A stretch of 64,000 bases of DNA, from the NCBI GenBank assembly GCA_046593725.1, contig JBKJQY010000088.1, positions 8,623 to 72,622 on the forward strand, given 5' to 3'. Every line of letters starts with the position of its first letter. The first letter of the stretch is position 1. Both the position numbers and the translations under genes were made by a program. The notes under the pieces were generated by a model. That model saw nothing but the letters and a program-made list of their open reading frames with translations, was not told the origin of the DNA and did no database searches. The stretch comes from Candidatus Limnocylindrales bacterium. GTDB lineage: Bacteria; Chloroflexota; Limnocylindria; Limnocylindrales; CSP1-4. Below, piece after piece: positions 11,022 through 18,868 of this stretch.

Positions 11022-11239
11022 TTGCATCTCGCGCAATTCAGACTGCGGATGGTTGCACCAGATGCAAGCAACGTCGGAATGACGCCCGCGGCTGCGGCTG
11101 GATTGCGTCCTGCGCAATCCCAGGTCACGCTGGGCGTCGGATCGACCGCGGCTCGCTCATTCCTTGCGTCGGATGCAATCCACTGGCAGGAATCGGGCGG
11201 CTGACCAAGCCGGCCCGACCATGGTTGCATCTGGTGCAA
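11022..11239. repeat. Five dispersed 15-bp palindromic units TTGCR-N5-YGCAA between convergent genes
   Basis: Units at 11022-11036 (TTGCATCTCGCGCAA), 11053-11067 (TTGCACCAGATGCAA), 11103-11117 (TTGCGTCCTGCGCAA, extends to 8-bp arms GGATTGCG/CGCAATCC at 11100-11120), 11164-11178 (TTGCGTCGGATGCAA), 11225-11239 (TTGCATCTGGTGCAA). Confidence 0.75.
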
Positions 11240-11260
11240 GTCGCGGACCCGAGCGAGGCT

Positions 11261-11941
11261 TCAAAGGATCAACACCGAGCCACCACCTGGGTCCACTCCC
11301 GCGCGGAGTAGCTCGAGCGCGCGCGGTCCTGGCACGGGGAATCGCGCGAGAAGGGTCTCCCGATGCGCCCGCATGAGGTCTCGGTTGTGGCGCGAGTCCA
11401 GAAGTAGCAGCGCCAGGTGCGTGATATCCCCATCGCGTGCCTTCAAGGCGAGCCTGCGCTCGAGCGCCTGCAGGTCTCGTGGTCGGGTCTCGGCTTCGAC
11501 ACCCAGCCGCCAACCGGCGCCGGCTACGAGGACATCCCACGCTCGGCGGTCTCGCGGACCCGGGAACGGGACCTCCGTGCCAACGCGCAGCGACGGGTGC
11601 AGGTGCGCTCGGAATCGATCGATCAGCGCGGCGTGCGCGGCGTCGCGAAGAGGTTCGCCTGCCGGATAGACACGAACGGAGAGCTCGCACCCGATGGCGG
11701 CCGCGATCGTCGAGGCCAGTTCGATCGAGACGTCCTTCGTCAGCCCACGCTCGATCCGGCTGTACTGTGCCGGCGAGATGCCGATCGCCTTGGCGACGTC
11801 GCGACCGCCCAGTCCACGATCGAGCCGACTGGCACGAAGATCGTGAAGGACGCTCGCGGTGAGATCGCGGCCTCGCGTCGCACCCGCATCAACTCGCCGC
11901 TCACGCGTTCCCATAGGGGAACCATGCCCACCGGCCCTCAC
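11261..11941 (-). CDS. XRE-family helix-turn-helix protein with uncharacterised C-terminal domain (possible PD-(D/E)xK-like)
   Basis: HTH LRASRLDRGLGGRDVAKAIGISPAQYSRIERGLTKDVSIELASTIAAAIG. C-terminal ...RRAWDVLVAGAGWRLGVEAETRPRD... Start GTG 11941 or ATG 11914. Confidence 0.75.
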   Translation of the reverse strand: MRAGGHGSPMGTRERRVDAGATRGRDLTASVLHDLRASRLDRGLGGRDVAKAIGISPAQYSRIERGLTKDVSIELASTIAAAIGCELSVRVYPAGEPLRDAAHAALIDRFRAHLHPSLRVGTEVPFPGPRDRRAWDVLVAGAGWRLGVEAETRPRDLQALERRLALKARDGDITHLALLLLDSRHNRDLMRAHRETLLARFPVPGPRALELLRAGVDPGGGSVLIL

Positions 11942-11962
11942 CCGCGACTTATCCCGGGGCGT

Positions 11963-12817
11963 CTAGGTGTTTGGCACCTCGCCCGGCTCCGGACCGGTCG
12001 CGACCGGATATCCCGCCGTGCTCCAGTCGCTCCACGAGCCTGGATAGAGGATCGGGTCCGGCAGGCCGGCGATGCGCATCGCCAGCGCGTTGTGGCACGC
12101 GGACACACCACTTCCGCACGAGTTGACGACCTCGGCCCCGTCGACCCCGGCGCCCAGGGCTTCGAACCGCGCCCGCAGCTCCCCGGCCGCAAGGAAGGCT
12201 CCGCCCGGAGCCACCAGATTGCCGTCCGTCGGAGCGTTCAAGGCTGTCGGGATGTGGCCAGCGACCGGGTCGATCGGTTCAGTCTCGCCGCGGTAACGCG
12301 GTCCGCCGCGCGCATCCAGCAGCACGACCTCTCCCAGCCGCGCGCGCAACCTATCTCGATCCACGACCTTTGTCCAGGCCGGCTCCAACGCCAGTGACGC
12401 CGCAGGGCGACGTCGGCCAACGCCCGCCTCCACCGCCAATCCTGCCCCGACCCACGCTGGGAACCCGCCGTCCAGCACCGACACCGCCAGATGCCCCAGG
12501 TCATCCAGCATCCACCAGAGCCGAGCCGCCACCCAGCCCCCAACATCGTCATACACGACGACCGCATCCTCCGAGCCGATCCCGAGTGCCCCGAGACGGG
12601 CCGCGAAGGTCGCCGGGGAGGGGAGTGGGTGCCGCCCGGGGCCGTCCGCGACCATCAGGTCCGAGTCCATATCCACGAAGGTCGCACCGGGGATGTGCCC
12701 AGCCTCGAACGCCGCGCGTCCCTCTCCGGGTCGTCCCAGATACCAGCGAACATCCACGACGCGCACGCTCGGATCGGCCAGCCGCGCGGCCAGCTCTCCC
12801 ACGGAGATGAGGCTCAT
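11963..12817 (-). CDS. Tandem-rhodanese sulfurtransferase (thiosulfate/3-mercaptopyruvate sulfurtransferase-like)
   Basis: VRVVDVRWYLGRPGEGRAAFEAGHIPGATFVDMD and catalytic loop NSCGSGVSACH. Start at MSLISVGELA (cat 12815-12817). Confidence 0.85.
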   Translation of the reverse strand: MSLISVGELAARLADPSVRVVDVRWYLGRPGEGRAAFEAGHIPGATFVDMDSDLMVADGPGRHPLPSPATFAARLGALGIGSEDAVVVYDDVGGWVAARLWWMLDDLGHLAVSVLDGGFPAWVGAGLAVEAGVGRRRPAASLALEPAWTKVVDRDRLRARLGEVVLLDARGGPRYRGETEPIDPVAGHIPTALNAPTDGNLVAPGGAFLAAGELRARFEALGAGVDGAEVVNSCGSGVSACHNALAMRIAGLPDPILYPGSWSDWSTAGYPVATGPEPGEVPNT

Positions 12818-12920
12818 CGGGGGAGTATCGCAGGCGTCCCCCGTCGACGACCTCGTGCTATCCTTCGCGCGGTGCCGGACCCCGGCCCATGACGTTCGAG
12901 GCCGCGGCCCCACGTCCCGT

Positions 12921-12995
12921 TCCGGCGTAGCTCAGTGGTAGAGCGGGCGACTGTTAATCGCTTGGTCGTAAGTTCGAATCTTACCGCCGGAGCCA
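12921..12995 (+). tRNA. tRNA-Asn (anticodon GTT), CCA encoded
   Basis: Acceptor TCCGGCG/CGCCGGA, D-arm GTAGCTCAGTGGTAGAGC, anticodon loop CTGTTAA, T-arm GGTCGTAAGTTCGAATCTTACC, 3' GCCA. Confidence 0.93.
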
Positions 12996-13121
12996 CTCCC
13001 TCCAGGACTCCCCGTCTCGCGGACGCACCAGAATCCGTTCTGCGCGACCCGTTTTGCGCTGACACCCCGGACGAACGGCGTATCCTGCCCCAGGACGTTT
13101 GGTGTTGGAGGTTGGGGCCCG

Positions 13122-15152
13122 ATGACCCTCATGCAGCGGCTAGAGCGAGTGCAGCGAGCGGCGGAAGCGACTGCCGCGACCGCCGCGGGCACGGTCGCGC
13201 CTGCGAGCGTTCCGGACGCCAGCGTCGTGCCGGCCCCCGCCGTGCCCCCGACGACCGAAGCGAGCGCCCCTTCGTATGGCACCGACCTCGCCCTCGATGC
13301 CCCGCGACAGGATCCCGCCGGCGCGCCCACGATCGAGACCGCCGCGCCGGCCGGGATGACCGCCGCCACGGACGACGCGACCTCGATGGCCGTGCCCGTC
13401 ATGGATCCGGCCATCCCCAAGGTCCCACGGGCCGGCCTCGGCGGCCTTCGCGCGCCGACGGCCCCGGCTCGGGAGAAACTCATCCACGAAGTTCGGGTGC
13501 GCCTCCAGAAGGAAGTCGTCGGGGCCTTCAAGGTGCTGCTGGAGGCGAAGGACGGGGACGTCCGCAAGACCATCGAACCGATGGTCGATCAAGTCGTGGA
13601 GAAGGGTGGGTTCGCCGTCACCCGCGAGGAGCGAACCCGCCTCGTCGATGAGATGGTCCACGACGTCACGGGTTTCGGGCCGCTGGAGCCGCTGCTCGCG
13701 GACCCGAGCATCACCGAGATCATGGTCAACGGTCCCGACCACATCTACATCGAGCGTGGCGGGAAGATCCATCGGGTCGACTCGGTCTTCCTGAACAACG
13801 AGCACGTACAGCGGGTCATCGACCGGATCATCGCTCCGCTCGGCCGGCGCATCGACGAGTCGAGCCCGCGAGTGGACGCCCGCCTGCCGGACGGTTCCCG
13901 GGTCAACGCGATCATCGAACCGCTGTCACTGATCGGCCCCGTCATCACGGTCCGCAAGTTCTCACAGACGCCGTACACGGTCGACGACCTCGTTCGCTTC
14001 GGGACGGCTACGCCCGACATGTTCGAGTTCCTGCACGCGTGCATCGAGGCCCGACTCAACCTCTTCGTGTCCGGCGGCACCGGCTCCGGCAAGACCACGA
14101 CCCTCAACGTCCTCTCGTCGTTCATCGGCAACGACGAGCGCATCGTCACGATCGAGGATGCCGCCGAGCTGCAGCTCCACCAGGACCACGTCATCACCCT
14201 CGAGGCGCGGCCGGCCAACCTGGAAGGGGAGGGCGAGATCACGATCCGGAACCTCCTCAGGAACGCGATGCACATGCGACCCGACCGGATCATCGTCGGC
14301 GAGTGCCGCGCCGGGGAGTCGCTCGACATGCTCCAGGCGATGACGACCGGCCACGACGGTTCGCTCTCGACCGGCCACGCGAATACGCCGAAGGACATGC
14401 TGCGGCGGCTCGAGACGATGATCCTCATGACCGGCTACAAGATGCCGCTGCGGGCGATCCGCGAACAGATCGCCACGGCCGTTGATGTCATCGTCCACAC
14501 CGCGCGGCTCAAGGACGGCCAACGCAAGATCGTCAATATCACCGAGGTCTATGGGATCGAAGAGGACCAGATCCTCACCCAGGACATCTTCGCGTTCGTC
14601 CAGACGGGCTACCGCGACGGCAAGATCGTGGGGTCGCTTCAGCCGACGGGCGCCAGGCCCACGTTCATGCGCCAATTCCAGCGCGCCGGCATCGACCTGC
14701 CGCCCGGCGAGTACGGCATCCCGCCCGAAGACCCGGACAGGCCGATCAAGCCGCTGAAGAGCCGGTTCGGGGCACGTCAGTCCTCGAAGGTCGAGTACTC
14801 GGCCGTGCCGACCGGTGATGGCCGAACCGTCGTCGCGGGCGGGATGGTCTACATCTCATCCATCGGGCCGGTGGATCCGGAGACGGGCGAGGTCGCCCTC
14901 GGGTCGATCAAGGAGCAGACGCGTCGGTGCATGGCCAATCTCAAGGAGCGACTCGAGGGTGCCGGCAGTGCGCTCGACCGGGTGGTCTGGGCGAACTGGT
15001 CCCTGCAGGACGCGAGCGAATTCGACGAATTCAACGACGAGTGGAACCGCTGGTTCCCGGCCGATCCACCGCTCGGTCAGCTCACGTTGATGCCCCCGCT
15101 CCAACGCCGGGCAGGCTTCGGTGTCACCCTCGGGGTCATCGCCACGGTCTGA
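13122..15152 (+). CDS. CpaF/TadA-family type II/IV secretion ATPase fused to a C-terminal RidA (YjgF/L-PSP) domain; Ala/Pro-rich N-terminal extension
   Basis: CpaF core: GFGPLEPLLADPSITEIMVNGPDHIYIERGG, Walker A SGGTGSGKTTTLN, IVTIEDAAELQL, RPDRIIVGECRGAE-like (ECRAGESLDMLQAMTTGHDGSLSTGHAN). After ~residue 545: GGMVYISSIGPVDPETGEVALGSIKEQTRRCMANLKERLEGAGSALDRVVWANWSLQD...GFGVTLGVIA, a RidA pattern. Single uninterrupted 676-aa frame. Confidence 0.8.
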   Translation: MTLMQRLERVQRAAEATAATAAGTVAPASVPDASVVPAPAVPPTTEASAPSYGTDLALDAPRQDPAGAPTIETAAPAGMTAATDDATSMAVPVMDPAIPKVPRAGLGGLRAPTAPAREKLIHEVRVRLQKEVVGAFKVLLEAKDGDVRKTIEPMVDQVVEKGGFAVTREERTRLVDEMVHDVTGFGPLEPLLADPSITEIMVNGPDHIYIERGGKIHRVDSVFLNNEHVQRVIDRIIAPLGRRIDESSPRVDARLPDGSRVNAIIEPLSLIGPVITVRKFSQTPYTVDDLVRFGTATPDMFEFLHACIEARLNLFVSGGTGSGKTTTLNVLSSFIGNDERIVTIEDAAELQLHQDHVITLEARPANLEGEGEITIRNLLRNAMHMRPDRIIVGECRAGESLDMLQAMTTGHDGSLSTGHANTPKDMLRRLETMILMTGYKMPLRAIREQIATAVDVIVHTARLKDGQRKIVNITEVYGIEEDQILTQDIFAFVQTGYRDGKIVGSLQPTGARPTFMRQFQRAGIDLPPGEYGIPPEDPDRPIKPLKSRFGARQSSKVEYSAVPTGDGRTVVAGGMVYISSIGPVDPETGEVALGSIKEQTRRCMANLKERLEGAGSALDRVVWANWSLQDASEFDEFNDEWNRWFPADPPLGQLTLMPPLQRRAGFGVTLGVIATV

Positions 15153-15164
15153 CCCGGCCCTGCG

Positions 15165-15635
15165 TCAGGTCGTGGGCTGCGGCTCCGTGGCCGGCATCGA
15201 TCGCGGCATCGCGCCCGTGCGCCCGGCCAGGTCGATGACCTTCCCGACCTCCTTGTCCAACCGCCTCTTGTACGCCCCAGGCAGGCCTATCAGGCGGGTC
15301 GGGACCGCCAGCGGTCCGGAGATCTCGAGCGCGTGGCGGACGCGCGAGCCGCTGGGCGTCGGCTCCACGACGTAGGTCTGGATGACCGTCATGAATGGCG
15401 GCTTGACCTCGAGCACGAGGGCCCGGCCGGCGACGAGCTCGCGGATCCGGCAGTGATAGACACGCCCATAGTCGGCCCTGACGTCGACGACGGCGCCTTC
15501 GATGAACGGGCTGTCGGTCCGAGCCCACTGGGCGGCGTGACCCCAGGCACTCCAGGTCGACGGGTCCTCGTAGAGGCGGAACACGTCTGCGGGTGCGACG
15601 GGCGCTTCGCGGACGGTCTCGATGGTCCAGGTCAT
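15165..15635 (-). CDS. SRPBCC (polyketide cyclase/dehydrase-like) family protein
   Basis: MTWTIETVREAPVAPADVFRLYEDPSTWSAWGH...; GGGAGG RBS upstream of ATG (cat 15633-15635). Directly downstream of a PadR gene. Confidence 0.65.
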   Translation of the reverse strand: MTWTIETVREAPVAPADVFRLYEDPSTWSAWGHAAQWARTDSPFIEGAVVDVRADYGRVYHCRIRELVAGRALVLEVKPPFMTVIQTYVVEPTPSGSRVRHALEISGPLAVPTRLIGLPGAYKRRLDKEVGKVIDLAGRTGAMPRSMPATEPQPTT

Positions 15636-15646
15636 GGCGGTCCTCC

Positions 15647-15985
15647 CTAGCTGTCGCCCTGGAGGCGTCGCAGCCCGATCCGGGCGAAGCCTTGCAGGCC
15701 TTCGAGTTGCGCCTTGAGCGTGGTCGCGCCGAGACCGGTCAGCTTGTATGGCCGCCGCCGGTCTTCCGGCGGCAATGATTCGATGAGGCCGCGGGTCTCG
15801 AGCCGGGCAAGCGCGGCATAGAGGGTGCCGGGCCCGACGCGAGTCCCGCCGATGGCCTCGAGGTCTTCCATGATCGCGTAGCCGTGCTTCGGTCGGTCGC
15901 TGAGCGACACGAGGATGAGCAGTGACGGTTCCGCGAACCGTCCCAGGTCCCCGAGCCCGCCGGAGTCGCGTGTGTCCTTGGTCAT
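15647..15985 (-). CDS. PadR family transcriptional regulator
   Basis: LLILVSLSDRPKHGYAIMEDLEAIGGTRVGPGTLYAALARLETRGLIE...YKLTGLG, a winged-helix PadR signature. Confidence 0.88.
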   Translation of the reverse strand: MTKDTRDSGGLGDLGRFAEPSLLILVSLSDRPKHGYAIMEDLEAIGGTRVGPGTLYAALARLETRGLIESLPPEDRRRPYKLTGLGATTLKAQLEGLQGFARIGLRRLQGDS

Positions 15986-16009
15986 GCGCTTCGCTACCTC
16001 GTATCGATG

Positions 16010-16723
16010 TCAGGCGGGACTGATGAGCAGCGGCTGAGCATGGTTCGTGAACACTGCCCCGGCGAGCAGCAGGCCTGCCACGCCGACGATCGAGAACATC
16101 GCGAGTCCGAGGTCTGTCTCGATGCCGCCACTGGTGCCGGCGGCGACCCCGATCGCGCCGATGAAGAAGGCCAGGGCGATCCAGCCCGGCAGGACGCCGT
16201 TCCGGGAACCGCGAGCCGCCGCCAGCGTGGCCATGATCGGGAACGCGAAGAACGCGGCCGCGAAGATCGGCCACGGCATCAATGCCGCGACGCCCAGGAT
16301 CAGGCTGATGGCGACGACGACGAAGCCCGTGGTTCGGCTCTGAGCGGAGTCCACTCGCGTGCCGAGCAAGCCGAGCGGGACGCCCATGAGGACGGTGGCC
16401 GCAGCAAACGTGAGGAAGGCCAGGTCGGCCTCCCGGTAGCCATCGGCACGCAGCGGCAGGATGAACATGCTCGCCACACCGACGAGCCAGACGGCGCCGC
16501 CGAGCGCGGCGACGGCGCCAAGCAATCTGCGGTCCATGGGGATCTCCTGTTCCGGCGCGACATCGTGGCCCGGTACCTGTGGGTGCAGGCGGGCATCGAC
16601 GGCGCCGCGGATGAGGTCGAATCGGTCAAGGAGGGTCGCGGGCTGGTCCTCGAGCAAGGCAGCGAGTTCGTCGCCGTACCGCTCACGCCAGGCCCGGGGG
16701 TAGAGACGAACCAGGGCGTTCAT
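16010..16723 (-). CDS. PadR-associated polytopic membrane protein
   Basis: MNALVRLYPRAWRERYGDELAALLEDQP... followed by about six hydrophobic helices. ATGA overlap with the upstream PadR stop (16720-16723). Confidence 0.6.
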   Translation of the reverse strand: MNALVRLYPRAWRERYGDELAALLEDQPATLLDRFDLIRGAVDARLHPQVPGHDVAPEQEIPMDRRLLGAVAALGGAVWLVGVASMFILPLRADGYREADLAFLTFAAATVLMGVPLGLLGTRVDSAQSRTTGFVVVAISLILGVAALMPWPIFAAAFFAFPIMATLAAARGSRNGVLPGWIALAFFIGAIGVAAGTSGGIETDLGLAMFSIVGVAGLLLAGAVFTNHAQPLLISPA

Positions 16724-17061
16724 CGTGGAGCTCCTGCCCCGGCGCTCATCGCCGTGGCCGGAGCCGATGAGGCCCGTCGGACGGCTTCGAGCTGGGCGGC
16801 GAGGGACTCGGCCCCGAGTGCCGTGAGCCGGTAGGTGCGCGGGACCGGCGTACCTGCTATGACCTCGATGAGGGCGTGTCGCTCGAGCCGGGCGATGGTC
16901 CCGAAGAGTGTCCCGGGCCCGACGGTGACCCCGCAACGAGCATCGATCTCGCGCTGCATCGCATGAGGCGCCCGCGGTCCGTTGGCAAGGACGTTGAGGA
17001 TCTGCTGGGCCGGCCGTGAAAACCGGCCCAGGTGATCAAATGACGACCCCATCTGCGTCAC
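16720..17061 (-). CDS. PadR family transcriptional regulator (second copy)
   Basis: QILNVLANGPRAPHAMQREIDARCGVTVGPGTLFGTIARLERHALIE...YRLTALG. Confidence 0.8.
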   Translation of the reverse strand: MTQMGSSFDHLGRFSRPAQQILNVLANGPRAPHAMQREIDARCGVTVGPGTLFGTIARLERHALIEVIAGTPVPRTYRLTALGAESLAAQLEAVRRASSAPATAMSAGAGAPR

Positions 17062-17062
17062 A

Positions 17063-17560
17063 TCACTCGAGGTCGGCGCAGGCGATCTTGTTCGGCGCGG
17101 CGGTCGGACGATGGATCACGACGGAAACAGCGCTCGGTCCGGCGGACCAGTCGTTGCTGGCGTAGCCGTTGCCGATGCCGGCCGCGTTGGTCGTGAAGCC
17201 CGGCCAGATCTCGTTCTCGTCGTTCACGGCGGTGCCGTCGTGCTGATAGTGCCCGTCTGCCTGGCCGTTGGTGCAGGACTGCTTGTGGACGTGGGCCGCG
17301 TACGTCGTGTTCGGGGCGAGGCCCTCGACGTGGATGGACACGATCGTGCGGCCGGCCGCGGTCCGGATCATCGTGGCGTGCCCGGTGATGTCCATGGCCG
17401 GCGCCGCTGCGCCTGCCGCGAACTCGGTGAAGGATCCGCGGGTCACGACGGCCCCGCCGGCGGCTGCGGGCAGGACGACGGCCAGCCCGACGAGCAGTCC
17501 GAGCGAAGCGATGACCCCGCGTGCCGCATGGCGTCCGCGGCGACGATCTCGATCGGCCAT
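17063..17560 (-). CDS. Secreted Cu/Zn superoxide dismutase-like family protein (Tat-type signal)
   Basis: MADRDRRRGRHAARGVIASLGLLVGLAVVLPAAAG signal. GHATMIRTAAGRTIVSIHVEGL...AHVHKQSC...DGHYQHDG...AVSVVIH... resembles the SodC-like beta-sandwich. GGAGGA RBS. Confidence 0.6.
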   Translation of the reverse strand: MADRDRRRGRHAARGVIASLGLLVGLAVVLPAAAGGAVVTRGSFTEFAAGAAAPAMDITGHATMIRTAAGRTIVSIHVEGLAPNTTYAAHVHKQSCTNGQADGHYQHDGTAVNDENEIWPGFTTNAAGIGNGYASNDWSAGPSAVSVVIHRPTAAPNKIACADLE

Positions 17561-17707
17561 GGTCCAGGTCCTCCAGTGCGTCGTACAGCGCAAACCGCTA
17601 TAGCGTGACACGATATATAGACCCTCACGATCCCGCTGTCAAGTCGCAGTCGTGCCGCCTGGCTCGGCTCTCAGCGGCGGATGTCGCGACGACGCAACCC
17701 GGTTCGG

Positions 17708-18304
17708 TCAGTTCGCGACGTCGGTCAGGTGGCAGGCCTCGTTCCACGTCTCGACGACGCGGTTCTCACGGTCCCATCCGAGCACCGAGAGAGTGCCGGT
17801 CGAGAGGCTGAACAGGCGACCGAACGACGCCTCGAGATCCAGCCAACGCGCCGCAAGGATCCGCAGCAGGTGACCGTGCGAGAACAGGAGGACGTCGCCG
17901 GGGGCCTCGCGGACGCGAGCCAGGACGCGATCGGCGCGGATCGCCACGTCGTCGATGCTCTCGCCGGCGGGCCATGGACCCGTCCAGATCGTCCATTCCG
18001 GCAGGTCCGCCCTGATCTCCAGCGTGGTCAGCCCCTCCAGGGCGCCATAGTCCCACTCGGCAAGATCCGGCTCGACCCTGGCGACATCGCCGAAGCCCGC
18101 CAGGTCCGCGGTGAGGCTCGCTCGACCCAGCGGGCTCGTCACGACCAGCGCGAACGGCCCGACGGCCGCGAGGCGCGACCCGAGCGCCAGCGCCTGGCCG
18201 CGGCCCTCGTCCGTGAGCGGGATGTCGGTCCGCCCGGTATGACGGCCGAGCGCGGCCCACTCCGTCTGGCCATGCCGGACAAGCCAGAGTCGCTGGGTAG
18301 TCAC
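17708..18304 (-). CDS. Histidine phosphatase (phosphoglycerate mutase) family protein
   Basis: LWLVRHGQTEWAALGRHTGRTDIPLTDEGRGQA (RHG catalytic motif) and later SHGHLLR. Confidence 0.88.
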   Translation of the reverse strand: MTTQRLWLVRHGQTEWAALGRHTGRTDIPLTDEGRGQALALGSRLAAVGPFALVVTSPLGRASLTADLAGFGDVARVEPDLAEWDYGALEGLTTLEIRADLPEWTIWTGPWPAGESIDDVAIRADRVLARVREAPGDVLLFSHGHLLRILAARWLDLEASFGRLFSLSTGTLSVLGWDRENRVVETWNEACHLTDVAN

Positions 18305-18858
18305 GCCGACGTCAGCTCGACATCGGGCCTCGCGGTATCGACCGGGTCGGCCTCGAAGAAGGCTCGCGGGACCCAGCGGAACAGCCAGGCCAGGATGATC
18401 GTGGGCACGGTCGCGATCTTCGTGTCGTAGCGATACACCTGATCGTTGTAGAGCTCACGACGGTCGGCGATGATCCTCTCGATCCGTTCGATCTCGCCCT
18501 GGAGCTCGAGCACATTGGTCCCTGACTTGAAGTCCGGATAGCGCTCGACAACGGCGAATAGCGAGCGGACCGCGCCCGACGTCCGATCCGTTGTCGCCGC
18601 CTGGGATGGGATCGGGTCGGTCGGGGTGTAGGCGGCGCGTGCCTCGGTCACCTCGGTGAGCACTGTCCCCTTGAAGGTCATCAGGCCCCTGACGGCCGCG
18701 ACGAGGTTCGGCAGCATGTCGTGGCGCTGCTTGGTGCTGGTATCGGCGATGCGGTCCGCGGTCCGGTAGCCGATCAGCCCGCGACGCAACGTGGCGACGC
18801 CGATGACCGCCGTGCCGCCCGACAGCGCCGCGATCCGGGGGATGACGACGAGGTCCAA
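18301..18858 (-). CDS. lemA: LemA family protein
   Basis: LPNLVAAVRGL..., VERYPDFKSGTNVLELQGEIERIERIIADRRELYNDQVYRYDTKIATVPTIILAWLF. 4-bp overlap with the downstream phosphatase gene. Confidence 0.8.
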   Translation of the reverse strand: MDLVVIPRIAALSGGTAVIGVATLRRGLIGYRTADRIADTSTKQRHDMLPNLVAAVRGLMTFKGTVLTEVTEARAAYTPTDPIPSQAATTDRTSGAVRSLFAVVERYPDFKSGTNVLELQGEIERIERIIADRRELYNDQVYRYDTKIATVPTIILAWLFRWVPRAFFEADPVDTARPDVELTSA

Positions 18859-18868
18859 ACGGTCAGCC

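Noticed and set aside
10986-11239. Possible CRISPR array (also considered for 31402-31519, 42511-42590 and 45901-45949)
   Set aside because: The repeats are only 10-26 bp, either directly tandem or with irregular 16-46-bp gaps. There are only 3-5 copies and no cas genes anywhere in the window. They do not fit CRISPR repeat-spacer architecture.
12818-13121. Integrated mobile element or genomic island at tRNA-Asn
   Set aside because: There is no integrase, recombinase or transposase nearby. I could not spot a direct repeat of the tRNA 3' end. Flanking genes look chromosomal (rhodanese, ATPase).
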